Assembly: GCA_028286585.1 (NCBI GenBank)
Contig: JAQBRI010000009.1
Span: 28,010-92,009, forward strand
DNA from: Candidatus Kaiserbacteria bacterium
GTDB lineage: Bacteria; Patescibacteriota; Minisyncoccia; Phycocordibacterales; UBA2100
DNA length: 64,000 nucleotides
Direction of reading: 5' to 3'
A program made the translations under genes and the position numbers. The notes beneath the pieces were generated by a model. That model saw only the letters and a list, made by a program, of their open reading frames with translations. It was not told the DNA's origin and searched no databases. The first letter of the stretch is position 1; each line of letters opens with the position of its first letter. Shown piece after piece: positions 19,543 to 29,286 of this stretch.

Positions 19543-20841
19543 TTATTGTACACCACTCTCACTTACTTCACGTATGATTCTATCCACATTTTGTGCCGCA
19601 CGATCCCATGTAATGCTTAATGCTTCGTTTTGTGCATAATCACTCAGCGTAGCGTGGAGCATCGGGTGCTCAATTACTGCCAAAATCTTGTTTGCCATCT
19701 CATCCGTGTCCCAAAAGTCTACTTTAAGTGCATGAAAGACGACTTCCGAGACGCCAGACTGCTTGGAAATAAGAACAGGGGTCCCCAATCGCATTGCCTC
19801 AAGCGGAGTGATTCCAAATGGCTCGGAAACAGATGGCATAACAAATAAATCGGCGACAGCGTATGCCATAGTCCGATCATCCCCTTGCAAAAAACCTGTA
19901 AACAGAACATTTTGCCCAATACCGAGCGCCGCAGACATTTCCATAACAGACCGATCCATATCACCCGAGCCAGAAATAACAAAAATAACCTTTTTGTTTT
20001 GCTGCAGTACTCGGGCAGCAGCCTTAAGAAAGTAGTCTGGGCCTTTTTGAAGCGTAATGCGTCCCAAAAACAGCACGATCGAATAGCCCGACGCCTTGAG
20101 TGCGCGCAAGCTTGCAATACCAGGTAGTGCCTTTGGCATTGTTGTTTCGTCGATTCCGTTATGTACAACCACTATTTTGTTTGGATCGATTCCGTAGTAT
20201 TTGACGATAATATCTTTGGTCAGTTGTGATACCGCTATTACCCTATCTGCTGTTTGCATACCGAGTTTCTCAAGTTCAAATACAACCGGGTTAACACCAT
20301 CAATACCACCACACCTGTCTACTTCTGTTGCATGCACGTGCGCAATGAGTGGACGCCCGGTAATACGTTTTGCCTCGATTCCTGCACCAAACGAAAGCCA
20401 ATCATGTGCATATATGACATCACATTCCTCAGATTTTGCGATTTCTCCCGCCTGCAATGAATAGCGCAATACTTGTCCCAACAAATCCTCACCATAGATA
20501 TTTGCATCAACGACAGTGCCGTTACTCAATGTTACCTTCCCCGATCGCGAGGTGTACGGAGTAATGGTCGAAGATATACCGATAGTCCTGATACTTTTGC
20601 CGCTTATTTCTTCTACTGAGTATTCGACACTGTCGGCAAAAAGTATTTTTGCAAAAGCAGATTCAACAGGCAGTTTTTTTGGCATGACAAACGTAACATC
20701 CATTCCTCGCGATGTAAGAGCCCGAGTCAGTCCCAAGCATGCGACGCCTAATCCTCCGCTATTAAACGGAGGAAATTCCCAGCCAAACATTAGTATGCGC
20801 ATAGTAGTAGTGATAGGTAATCCCCAACCCGATTTTACCAT
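19543..20841 (-). CDS. glycosyltransferase family 4 (glycogen synthase-like, archaeal type)
   Basis: 'MRILMFGWEFPPFNSGGLGVACLGL' N-terminus and a GT-B C-terminal 'EPFGITPLEAM' nucleotide-sugar block. Confidence 0.75.
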   Translation of the reverse strand: MVKSGWGLPITTTMRILMFGWEFPPFNSGGLGVACLGLTRALTSRGMDVTFVMPKKLPVESAFAKILFADSVEYSVEEISGKSIRTIGISSTITPYTSRSGKVTLSNGTVVDANIYGEDLLGQVLRYSLQAGEIAKSEECDVIYAHDWLSFGAGIEAKRITGRPLIAHVHATEVDRCGGIDGVNPVVFELEKLGMQTADRVIAVSQLTKDIIVKYYGIDPNKIVVVHNGIDETTMPKALPGIASLRALKASGYSIVLFLGRITLQKGPDYFLKAAARVLQQNKKVIFVISGSGDMDRSVMEMSAALGIGQNVLFTGFLQGDDRTMAYAVADLFVMPSVSEPFGITPLEAMRLGTPVLISKQSGVSEVVFHALKVDFWDTDEMANKILAVIEHPMLHATLSDYAQNEALSITWDRAAQNVDRIIREVSESGVQ

Positions 20842-20888
20842 GTATCTGCATCGCGCTGTCTATCCTATCCACTCTTTTCAGACTATTA

Positions 20889-21389
20889 TTATCGAGTGAC
20901 GCAAATCGGCGTCGGACTAGCCGAAACAGCAGTCTCACTCGCCGCTCCAGGCGCACAAACAGTAACTCGACCATTTGTGTCTACAGAAACCGTATAGCCC
21001 GTGCTTGGTGTAGTAGGCGCCGACGGATCGACTGGCAGCGTTGGAATGTATGTTGGTACCAAACAGTTGGTAGCAAGATCGGTATGTCCTGAAACTGTTG
21101 TTCCACCCGCATCTATGACAGATGCTGTGGCTCCAAGCGCTGGACATCCTCCAGTTGAAGCAAAAATACCTTTATTATCTGCTATTCGCTGCCCAATCGC
21201 GTTCAAAATTGCATTTACACTACTGGTTCTGTCTGTATTACGAGCCTGTGCAAATTGTCGCGCCGGATTAATCGCAATAATTACTATTGTTGCCAATATC
21301 GCAATGATGCCAATAACAACTAAAATTTCTATTAAAGTAAAACCACTCTGCGCTTGCGCGCTTTTAAACCGTTTTGTAACGGACCCCAT
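20889..21389 (-). CDS. type IV pilin (prepilin-type N-terminal cleavage/methylation domain), candidate major pilin
   Basis: 'KRFKSAQAQSGFTLIEILVVIGIIAILATIVIIAI' carries the G|FTLIE class III signal. Confidence 0.85.
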   Translation of the reverse strand: MGSVTKRFKSAQAQSGFTLIEILVVIGIIAILATIVIIAINPARQFAQARNTDRTSSVNAILNAIGQRIADNKGIFASTGGCPALGATASVIDAGGTTVSGHTDLATNCLVPTYIPTLPVDPSAPTTPSTGYTVSVDTNGRVTVCAPGAASETAVSASPTPICVTR

Positions 21390-21526
21390 ATTTTTATATC
21401 GTTACTAATAATATCTATAGTGTAGCAGTCGCTTCAAAATATTTGTGAGGTGACTTACACATGTGTTAATAACTTATAAACAAAAGCCCACTAGAGCGAG
21501 CTTTCGCCATAGTGGGTAAATCAAAT

Positions 21527-22015
21527 CTATAAAATGTGAGTCCATAATTCCTCGGATTCGTCGTTACTTACAACACGCTTGAGCAGCGTCGGTTTTTTAC
21601 CGTCGAGACATGCACGAAACACATCATCTCCCGATTTGAACCGTATCTCGGCCGGATCCAAATTAACCTTCTCGACATAGTGCAAACTGAGGCAAATTTT
21701 CCTTCCATCATCGACCGCAAGCACAACGCCCGTACCGTTGGCCTCGACTGAAACTTTAAATCGAGTGGCGACGTACGAAAGCAGCGCAAAACCCATCGAG
21801 TAATCATTCGTTTTTCGCAAACCCAGAATCGTCATTCCCATGTTTGCAATCGTGCGCGATGGAAAGTCGGTCAGCGGACAAAAAGGAGCGACTTCATCCT
21901 TTTCGATAACAGCCTGATCAACTATTCTGCATACGTACACGCCGCCACTATAGTACGTATAATTGGTGCAATCCTTGCATGCAGATACAAGTCCGACAAT
22001 CTTTGGCGTCGACAT
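21527..22015 (-). CDS. hypothetical Cys-containing protein inside the pilus operon
   Basis: 162-aa ORF with 'CKDCTNYTYYSGGVYVC' and 'CPLTDF'. No family recognised. Confidence 0.4.
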   Translation of the reverse strand: MSTPKIVGLVSACKDCTNYTYYSGGVYVCRIVDQAVIEKDEVAPFCPLTDFPSRTIANMGMTILGLRKTNDYSMGFALLSYVATRFKVSVEANGTGVVLAVDDGRKICLSLHYVEKVNLDPAEIRFKSGDDVFRACLDGKKPTLLKRVVSNDESEELWTHIL

Positions 22016-22126
22016 AATGGTATCTCTCTGTTGGCCCTACCAGACACGAATGTGGGCTAGTAACACATGTCCTACCGAGACAGTACACAACCAGTACCAA
22101 ATAGTCAACGATTATATGTCTTTGGT

Positions 22127-22525
22127 TTAAAATGCCGCAGTGTTCAGAATTTGCATATGCAGGGTAAGCGTCACGTAAGATTTTCTATGACTAATTGCAT
22201 TTCCCTCTTTTGCCATAGTGATAATAATAATCTTGTTACCCTCGTGAACAATTGAAACGATGGTACAGGCGTGATTACTGTTTAGAATTACATTTTGATT
22301 ATGTACTGTATATGTTGATGGGTCTGCTGCTGTTGCGATGATTCTTAGTGCAATATCTATGCATCCTTGTGATTCCATTTGTGCATCACGATACTGTTCA
22401 CTTGTCAGTACATCGGCCCTGGCAAACCAGCCTGAAAATCCCACGGTAACCATAAGCGTAAGCAATATCGCACTGATAATTAGAACTGATATGAGTGCAA
22501 TAAAACCTCTATTTTCTTTTTTCAT
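22127..22525 (-). CDS. pilin-like protein with a degenerate prepilin signal
   Basis: 'NRGFIALISVLIISAILLTL' has the G-F plus hydrophobic helix of a pilin but lacks Glu at +5. Confidence 0.5.
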   Translation of the reverse strand: MKKENRGFIALISVLIISAILLTLMVTVGFSGWFARADVLTSEQYRDAQMESQGCIDIALRIIATAADPSTYTVHNQNVILNSNHACTIVSIVHEGNKIIIITMAKEGNAISHRKSYVTLTLHMQILNTAAF

Positions 22526-22526
22526 A

Positions 22527-23009
22527 TTATTGATTCAATATGGAATGAAGATAAAATAATCGAGATACCATATGTCCATCACTAGTGGTCGCACTGGCGA
22601 CAAACTCTCCATCGAGGACGTCGAACGATTCATCTGAATTTGAAATTTTTGCATGCGTAAATGTAAGATCTTGCACAGAGATAGTGTCTGCATTAAGAAT
22701 GTGTGGATCATTACCGCCATCGATGATCAGATTTCCACCGGTACTATATATATTTGTTTCCGTTCCGGCGTCATCAACAACATTCAATGAAGCGCCCTGT
22801 GTCTGGGGAGCCGAAATAATTGATGATGATTGTACGATATAGGTTATTTTTGAAACAATAAAATCGCCTTCTTCCACTAAAAGAGCGATACTCTGATTGC
22901 GTACTTGTGATTCAAATAGTGAATAGAGCGCAACAATTACACCTCCCATAAGTATCGAATAAAGTGCTAAATACATAACAACTTCTATCAAGGTAAATCC
23001 CCGCCTCAT
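22527..23009 (-). CDS. minor pilin (prepilin-type N-terminal domain)
   Basis: 'MRRGFTLIEVVMYLALYSIL'. Confidence 0.8.
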   Translation of the reverse strand: MRRGFTLIEVVMYLALYSILMGGVIVALYSLFESQVRNQSIALLVEEGDFIVSKITYIVQSSSIISAPQTQGASLNVVDDAGTETNIYSTGGNLIIDGGNDPHILNADTISVQDLTFTHAKISNSDESFDVLDGEFVASATTSDGHMVSRLFYLHSILNQ

Positions 23010-24526
23010 AATCCGGCATGTATATCGCTGATAAATCCCCCACTTGCACTCGATCCGACATAGAGCGTGTTTTGTTCACAATCAATAGCGCGACCGTTTC
23101 CAGGTAAAGCGATGGTAGCAACACGATGTGGAGCGATTTGTAGTAAATCACTATCCACTTGTAACGATTGTCCCGTAGTGGTAAGTAAAAAAGCGTATTG
23201 TGGACGAACGATCATACCGATAATACTGCTGCTTGCTGTGGCAGTTGATATAACCATTGGCGTGCTGCGATCAATGGTGTTAAGAGTGTACAAATCCGGT
23301 GCTCCTGCAGCAAAAGTGAGTCCAAGGTATGTGGTAGTTCCAATTACGTTCACGCTGCTGCCGTTTCCCCAACCCTTGTTGTCATACACATTGTACTGAC
23401 TCACAAGCGTAGGATTAGTTGGATCATTAACATCAAGAATCAACAATTCGTGCGTCGAACTGTCTGTTGCTATATAGGCATAGCCGCGGCGTACATCAAT
23501 GTCACTTACTCCGGCACCGACAACATATCCACCCACCCATCTTGGATGCAGCGGATCGTGCACGTCTATAATATTAAACTCGGGACCGCCTGCAGATTTT
23601 GTAAGACCGAGATACACATAGCCACCAATCAAAATAATAGTTTTTCCAACTGCCTGGCCGCCGCTACCGTTGAGAAATGGAGTGCTACTGGTAGGTATTG
23701 TGAAATTGGCTACCACTGTAGGATTTACGGGATTTGTAATTGCTAGTACCTGCAACTGGGCGCAGCTGGCTGACGTATGACATGTTTTAAAGTTTGCCGC
23801 GTGACCATTCGCTGCAAACACATACGAACCATTTGAGGCGATATTTTCGAGTCCATCAATACTGGAAGAATTTGTGTCAATTCCGCCTTTGTAAATCCAA
23901 TTATTTGGATCTTGCACGTCAACGACAAAGAATGAATCGTTAAGCTTGTTGCTAGTCGTTCCTACCGCGATAGACATGATGCCTCGATAGACATCCACAC
24001 TGGTTACTGGATTCGATGTTGAATACGTATGTCCCGCCGGTTGCGTTGGGGGCAGCAGGTCACCAATACTTATTTTATGATTATTAATGCTTGCATGTGC
24101 CCAGTTTCCGCCAAGCGCTCCACAAGTATCATATGACAGAGCATTCATGTAGTCGGTAAGGGCAGATACCATGGTAACTGTCTGCAAAGCCCCACCACGA
24201 TCACTCCACGACACCTTTGTGGTCGCCAAGCGCACTGCGTATGGATCATACGATGAATCTCCAATTGTAAGAGTAGAGGTAAATACTCCATCGGAGGATG
24301 TTGCGAGATTAGCAAGAGATCTTTCATCTGCATGCGCAGCAACTTGTGCATTTTCAAGCATTGTTTCAGCGTGCACAATAGCTTGGTTGTGCATAGTACC
24401 TGATAACAGTATCGATTGTCCTTCGTACGATATCAAAGCCATTGAACCTACCGTGCATGAAATTATTGCAAGCGCTATGACTATCTCGATTGTGGAAAAT
24501 GCCCTCGAATAGACTAGCGACTCCAT
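23006..24526 (-). CDS. large pilin-like protein with LVIVD-repeat beta-propeller domain (candidate pilus tip adhesin)
   Basis: N-terminal 'RAFSTIEIVIALAII' (class III-like signal, E at +5). The C-terminal half has repeated 'Y.YLG...EF.IIDVHDP..P' and 'YAYIATD..ELLILDVNDPTNP' blocks typical of LVIVD repeats. 506 aa. Overlaps its neighbours by 4 and 13 nt. Confidence 0.65.
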   Translation of the reverse strand: MESLVYSRAFSTIEIVIALAIISCTVGSMALISYEGQSILLSGTMHNQAIVHAETMLENAQVAAHADERSLANLATSSDGVFTSTLTIGDSSYDPYAVRLATTKVSWSDRGGALQTVTMVSALTDYMNALSYDTCGALGGNWAHASINNHKISIGDLLPPTQPAGHTYSTSNPVTSVDVYRGIMSIAVGTTSNKLNDSFFVVDVQDPNNWIYKGGIDTNSSSIDGLENIASNGSYVFAANGHAANFKTCHTSASCAQLQVLAITNPVNPTVVANFTIPTSSTPFLNGSGGQAVGKTIILIGGYVYLGLTKSAGGPEFNIIDVHDPLHPRWVGGYVVGAGVSDIDVRRGYAYIATDSSTHELLILDVNDPTNPTLVSQYNVYDNKGWGNGSSVNVIGTTTYLGLTFAAGAPDLYTLNTIDRSTPMVISTATASSSIIGMIVRPQYAFLLTTTGQSLQVDSDLLQIAPHRVATIALPGNGRAIDCEQNTLYVGSSASGGFISDIHAGL

Positions 24527-24966
24527 AGTATTCGTCCAATGCTGCTAATTGTAATAGTAGCTGTCTTTCCAAATGAATCAGTAAGTAAAAAATTGCCCGA
24601 TGTTGCGACTGATCCGGAAAGAGAGGCGAATACCACTTCTGACAAACCTGTATATGTGGTGTGTTCACTCTTTTCAAAAGAAACCGAATATGATCCATCA
24701 CTATCTGCATATGAATTACCTTGAAAAACTACAATTTGATTTTGTGTGACGGCTACGCCATGAGCAGGAGAAATGTCGCAAGCACCGCTACAGACTCCCT
24801 GCATTGAAAGAGCACGCGCATGTTCGAAAAGAGTCACAAGCCTTTCCCTATCAGAGCGCAATTCTACACTTCGATATTCTCCAATGGAGGCTGCTATTGT
24901 TAGCCCGCCAATGATGAGTAACAAGGCTATTACAATAATAATTTCAATGATAGAAAAACCCCGCAT
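24514..24966 (-). CDS. minor pilin (prepilin-type N-terminal domain)
   Basis: 'MRGFSIIEIIIVIALLLIIGGL'. Confidence 0.8.
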   Translation of the reverse strand: MRGFSIIEIIIVIALLLIIGGLTIAASIGEYRSVELRSDRERLVTLFEHARALSMQGVCSGACDISPAHGVAVTQNQIVVFQGNSYADSDGSYSVSFEKSEHTTYTGLSEVVFASLSGSVATSGNFLLTDSFGKTATITISSIGRILWSR

Positions 24967-24967
24967 A

Positions 24968-26035
24968 TTAATGATTGCTAATGCTTTGTGTCAGCTGATA
25001 AATGGGAGTAATTATCGAAAGTGCAATAAACTCGACAATACTTCCCATCACAAGCATGAGGAGCGGCTCGATAAGCGTAGTAAGATTTTTGGTCATCTCT
25101 TTTACTTCTTGTTCATAATTTTCTGATATGTAACCAAAACTTTCTTGGAGTCGCCCTGTCATTTCACCAGAATGGATAATATGTACAAACATTGATGGGA
25201 ACAACCGAGGATGATGCGAAAGAGCATCTGCAACAGTGCTGCCCTCTTCTACACCAACTGCGATGAATGAAATAACATGCCTATACTGTGCAGATCCTGT
25301 CGTCGTACTAATAAGTTTTAAAACAGCTGCAGCTTGTATGCCGCTTAATAATAATGCACTGCCAGTGCGCGCAATTAGAGATAATTCGTAGCTTTGTAAT
25401 AGACCACCAATTATTGGTACGCGAAAAAGTATCCGTTCAAACAAATGTCTAAAAAATGGGACTCTTATGCACATTCCAAATACAACTAAACAGACAACTG
25501 CACCAAAAATTGCAATGTACCAATCGTGGATCAAAAAATCTGATACTCCTATTAAAATGCGGGTGGAAAGCGGCAATACGGTGTGAACACTTTTAAATAT
25601 CGGTGTAAGTTTTGGGAAAAGATAGACTGCCAAAAATAGGGATATGCACATCGTTGCGAGAATAATGATGATTGGATAGATAAGTGCGGCAATTACAGTA
25701 TTACGTAATTCTGCACGTTTTTTAAGCTCATCGGACACATATATAAGCGACTGATGCAGCGAACCTGACTCCTCTCCTATCTTCACCAGATTGATCGTCA
25801 GTGGAATAAATACTTTTGGAAACTTTTGCAAAGCCTGGGAAAATCGTATGCCATGCTGCACTTCGTGGAGGAGTGTTGTAATAATATATTTTGTATTTTT
25901 TGAGCTCTCCGAAAAACCTATCATCTTTAAAACTTCTCCTAATGGAATTCCAGCACGTAACATCATTGCAATACGTTTAAAAAGTACAACTTGCTGCTTG
26001 TTAGACAAACGCAGCATGTATGGCTTATCATTCAT
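24968..26035 (-). CDS. pilC: type IV pilus assembly platform protein PilC (GspF family)
   Basis: Two T2SSF-like repeats with three TM segments. 'FPKLTPIFKS' and 'LSGIQAAAVLKLIS'. Overlaps pilB by 8 nt. Confidence 0.8.
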   Translation of the reverse strand: MNDKPYMLRLSNKQQVVLFKRIAMMLRAGIPLGEVLKMIGFSESSKNTKYIITTLLHEVQHGIRFSQALQKFPKVFIPLTINLVKIGEESGSLHQSLIYVSDELKKRAELRNTVIAALIYPIIIILATMCISLFLAVYLFPKLTPIFKSVHTVLPLSTRILIGVSDFLIHDWYIAIFGAVVCLVVFGMCIRVPFFRHLFERILFRVPIIGGLLQSYELSLIARTGSALLLSGIQAAAVLKLISTTTGSAQYRHVISFIAVGVEEGSTVADALSHHPRLFPSMFVHIIHSGEMTGRLQESFGYISENYEQEVKEMTKNLTTLIEPLLMLVMGSIVEFIALSIITPIYQLTQSISNH

Positions 26036-27359
26036 GCGTAAGTCGAAGCGTTTCTTCGAGCGTGGTAATTCCCTGTCGTGCTTTGAGGAGTGCGTCAGTA
26101 ATCATAATTTCCATTCCTTGCTTACATGCTTGGATACGTATTTCATCAGCGCTCGCGCGCATAACAATGCGCTCCCGAATTACTTCATCGATCTGCAATA
26201 ATTCATATACGCCAATGCGCCCTCTGTATCCAGTTCCAATACATTCTCCACAGCCACGTCCCCGATAAAACTGGGGATTGGTGTGCAATAACGAAAGTGG
26301 AGTAAGTTTTGAGACTTGTAATAATTCTGAATCCGTCAATGCTATTTTTTCACGGCAACCAATACAAATTTTTCGTACCAGTCGCTGTCCTATGACGAGG
26401 GTAACTGTAGACGCAATCAAATATGGCTCTACGTCCATATCAAGAAGACGCACGATGGTTGCCGCCGCATCGTTCGTATGAATACTCGACAAGACAAGGT
26501 GCCCAGTGAGCGCAGTATTTACAGCAAGCCGTGCGGTCTCTGTATCACGCACTTCTCCAACCATTACAATATCCGGATCTTGCCGCACGACTGCACGGAG
26601 TCCAGTTCCAAAAGTGAAGCCAATGGCGGGATTTACTTGGATTTGCCGAACTCCATGTATTGAATATTCTATCGGATCTTCAAGTGTAATAATTGATACA
26701 TCAGGCGTATTCAGTTGTGAAATCAAGGTGTACAACGTTGTCGTTTTGCCCGAACCTGTAGGACCTGTCGCAAGTATCATGCCATGTGTACGAGCGAGTG
26801 CGCGCTGTATTATTTGCTGCTGCAGATTACTAAAACCCAATTCGGGAAGACCATTAGCATTATTCATATTAGTGAGTAATCGCAATACAGCATTTTCGCC
26901 ACAATAGGTGGGTGTAATCGATACTCGCACGTCTACAATTATCGGTAGGGTTGTAGATTGTTTTATGTGAATAATTTCAGAGCGAAATCGCCCATCATGC
27001 GGCATGTAATGCTCATCGATGCGCAAACCTGCCATAACCTTTATGCGCGATATCACTTCGGAGTGTAATCCGATTGGTATGGTGTAGACATCTTGCAGTA
27101 TTCCATCGATACGCATGCGCACCATGACTATTCCATCACGCGGATCAATATGTACGTCGGACACCTTTGCAAAATATCCGTGAGATATCAATGCATCAAT
27201 AATTTTGATTGCTGAATTACCTATAATTTTTGTTATGTCCACGGGTCCGCTCTCTCGCGTAGGAATTTGCGTCGTATCAAAACAAAAAACACCCTCGGTA
27301 GGTGTTTCAGACGTGCTTTTTGCACGCGTAACAAACGCATGGAGACCCCGAATATCCAT
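26028..27359 (-). CDS. pilB: type IV pilus assembly ATPase PilB (GspE family)
   Basis: Walker A 'ATGPTGSGKTTTLYT', 'RQDPDIVMVGEVRD' Asp box and C-terminal tetracysteine 'CIGCREKI...CGECIGTG'. Confidence 0.9.
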   Translation of the reverse strand: MDIRGLHAFVTRAKSTSETPTEGVFCFDTTQIPTRESGPVDITKIIGNSAIKIIDALISHGYFAKVSDVHIDPRDGIVMVRMRIDGILQDVYTIPIGLHSEVISRIKVMAGLRIDEHYMPHDGRFRSEIIHIKQSTTLPIIVDVRVSITPTYCGENAVLRLLTNMNNANGLPELGFSNLQQQIIQRALARTHGMILATGPTGSGKTTTLYTLISQLNTPDVSIITLEDPIEYSIHGVRQIQVNPAIGFTFGTGLRAVVRQDPDIVMVGEVRDTETARLAVNTALTGHLVLSSIHTNDAAATIVRLLDMDVEPYLIASTVTLVIGQRLVRKICIGCREKIALTDSELLQVSKLTPLSLLHTNPQFYRGRGCGECIGTGYRGRIGVYELLQIDEVIRERIVMRASADEIRIQACKQGMEIMITDALLKARQGITTLEETLRLTHE

Positions 27360-27441
27360 GGGTTAATTTTAGCTCACACTGACGACCCGTAAAGTTTTTC
27401 AAGTGGATAACTATTGATAACTATTACTAGATATTCAATCC

Positions 27442-27531
27442 GTACCTAACCTTCGCGGTCGCGAAGGTTAGGTACATAGCATACACATTCACGATTGTGA
27501 ATGTGTATCGAATGAATTTATTAATCAACTA
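27442..27531. promoter_or_regulatory. Three consecutive inverted repeats in the intergenic region between pilB and the FAD-linked oxidase gene
   Basis: Inverted repeats at 27442..27475 (16-bp arms, 2-nt spacer), 27482..27507 (11-bp arms) and 27511..27531 (8-bp arms). The region is AT-rich. Confidence 0.4.
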
Positions 27532-27574
27532 TATTGATTAATTGATTTGCGTTAATTATTGTTATACTTGGAGT

Positions 27575-29224
27575 ATGTTATTGAAAGAAGCTTTGCAAAA
27601 AATAATTCAGGGAGATGTTGTTGATGATCAAGAGTCAATAAAAAAGTACAGTCGTGACACCAGTATCTTCGAGAGAAGTCCAAAAGTTGTCGTGTTTCCA
27701 AAAAAAGCTGCTGATGTTCAGGCAGTTGTTGCGTATGTGCACGAAGCAAAACAGCGTGGAGAAGATATTTCTCTTGCCGGAAGGTCCGCTGGCACCGACA
27801 TGACAGGAGGCCCGCTCACAAAAGATATTGCACTGGTCTTTACAAAATACATGAATACTATTGGTACGATCGGGCTAAATACTGCAACAGCAGAGCCTGG
27901 TGTGTATTATCGCGATTACGAAAAGGCTACGCTTGCGGCAACAGGAATGATTACACCTTCTTACCCTGCCTCGCGCGAACTCTGTGCTATTGGTGGAATG
28001 GTTTCGAACAACTCAGGAGGTGAACTTACACTCAAATATGGCAAAACCAACAAATACGTTCGCTCATTAAATGTAGTACTTTCCGACGGAAGCAAAACTA
28101 CCATCAAGCCCCTCAGTCGCGTTGAGCTGTCCCAGCGGAAAGCACGGCAAGATCTGGAAGGTTCTATATATAGAGAGATCTCGGACCTATTGGATGCAAA
28201 CCGAACAGAAATTGAAGCGGCACGTCCTACAGTGAGCAAAAACTCTGCCGGGTACGCGTTGTGGAATGTTATAGACTCACAAAACGAAACGTTTGACCTC
28301 ACACAGCTTGTTGTAGGTTCACAAGGCACGCTCGCAATGGTAACCGAGGCAACACTTGGTCTTGTTAAAACAGCTGATCATCGGGCAATGTTGATTGTAT
28401 TTTTGTCAGACATTGCACTTTTGCCAGAAATCGTTGGGCGCGTTCTTAAGTACAATCCAGAATCATTTGAGTCCTATGACGACCAAACATTCAAACTTGC
28501 CGTGCGGTTTATTCCACAAATCGTTGGGCATTTTGGCTTACTACAAATGATTAAACTTGGATTCGCATTTATTCCCGAGGCCTGGATGGCGCTTACAGGA
28601 GGAGTGCCCAAGCTCGTTTTGATGGCAGAATTTGCAGAAAGCACTGCAGCGGAAGCTCTTGCAAAAGCAGTTGCTGCTCGCGCTGCACTCCACAACCTAT
28701 CTCTTAAAACCAAGATCGCACGATCGGAAACTGAAACCGCAAAGTATTGGACCATCCGACGAGAAAGCTTTGCACTTTTGCGAAAGAATTTGCACGGACT
28801 GTACGCGGCACCGTTTATTGACGATATTGTGGTACATCCTGCCGACTACCCTACTTTTTTGCCCGAACTTAATCTTATACTCGATCAACATAAACTTCTT
28901 TATACAATTGCGGGGCATATTGGAGATGGAAACTTTCATATCATTCCGCTTATGGATTTATCAAAAGAATCTCAGCGAAATGAAATAATCGAACTGCAGC
29001 CAAAGGTGTACGAACTTGTTGCCAAATACAAAGGCTCTACAACGGGCGAACATAATGACGGTATTATTCGGACTCCTTACCTTAAGTATATGTTTACACC
29101 AGCGATGCTCGATTTGTTTACACAAGTAAAAAAGATATTTGATCCACTTAATATATTTAATCCTGGGAAAAAAGTGGGCGGGACCATCGAGGACATTAAG
29201 TCGTCGATGATAACTCATACATAG
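27575..29224 (+). CDS. FAD-linked oxidase (FAD_binding_4; GlcD/D-lactate dehydrogenase-like)
   Basis: N-terminal FAD-binding PCMH domain 'AVVAYVHEAKQRGEDISLAGRSAGTDMTGG' and C-terminal 'GEHNDGI' block. The start is placed at the ATG preceded by GGAG; the ORF extends to 27542. Confidence 0.7.
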   Translation: MLLKEALQKIIQGDVVDDQESIKKYSRDTSIFERSPKVVVFPKKAADVQAVVAYVHEAKQRGEDISLAGRSAGTDMTGGPLTKDIALVFTKYMNTIGTIGLNTATAEPGVYYRDYEKATLAATGMITPSYPASRELCAIGGMVSNNSGGELTLKYGKTNKYVRSLNVVLSDGSKTTIKPLSRVELSQRKARQDLEGSIYREISDLLDANRTEIEAARPTVSKNSAGYALWNVIDSQNETFDLTQLVVGSQGTLAMVTEATLGLVKTADHRAMLIVFLSDIALLPEIVGRVLKYNPESFESYDDQTFKLAVRFIPQIVGHFGLLQMIKLGFAFIPEAWMALTGGVPKLVLMAEFAESTAAEALAKAVAARAALHNLSLKTKIARSETETAKYWTIRRESFALLRKNLHGLYAAPFIDDIVVHPADYPTFLPELNLILDQHKLLYTIAGHIGDGNFHIIPLMDLSKESQRNEIIELQPKVYELVAKYKGSTTGEHNDGIIRTPYLKYMFTPAMLDLFTQVKKIFDPLNIFNPGKKVGGTIEDIKSSMITHT

Positions 29225-29286
29225 TCGAAAAAGGAGTGTTCACAACTCTCCTTTCAAAAGTTGACAAATAAGCTATACTGGGTTGT

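Noticed and set aside
22127-27359. Looked for CRISPR arrays, transposases, integrases or rRNA genes anywhere in the window
   Set aside because: No direct-repeat/spacer periodicity outside the protein-coding repeats of the giant gene. No transposase, integrase or recombinase motifs in any ORF. No rRNA-like conserved stretches.
27542-27574. Extended start of the FAD-linked oxidase ORF ('MICVNYCYTWS...')
   Set aside because: The extension lies within the palindrome-rich intergenic DNA. The downstream ATG at 27575 has a GGAG Shine-Dalgarno 5 nt upstream and the protein family begins there.
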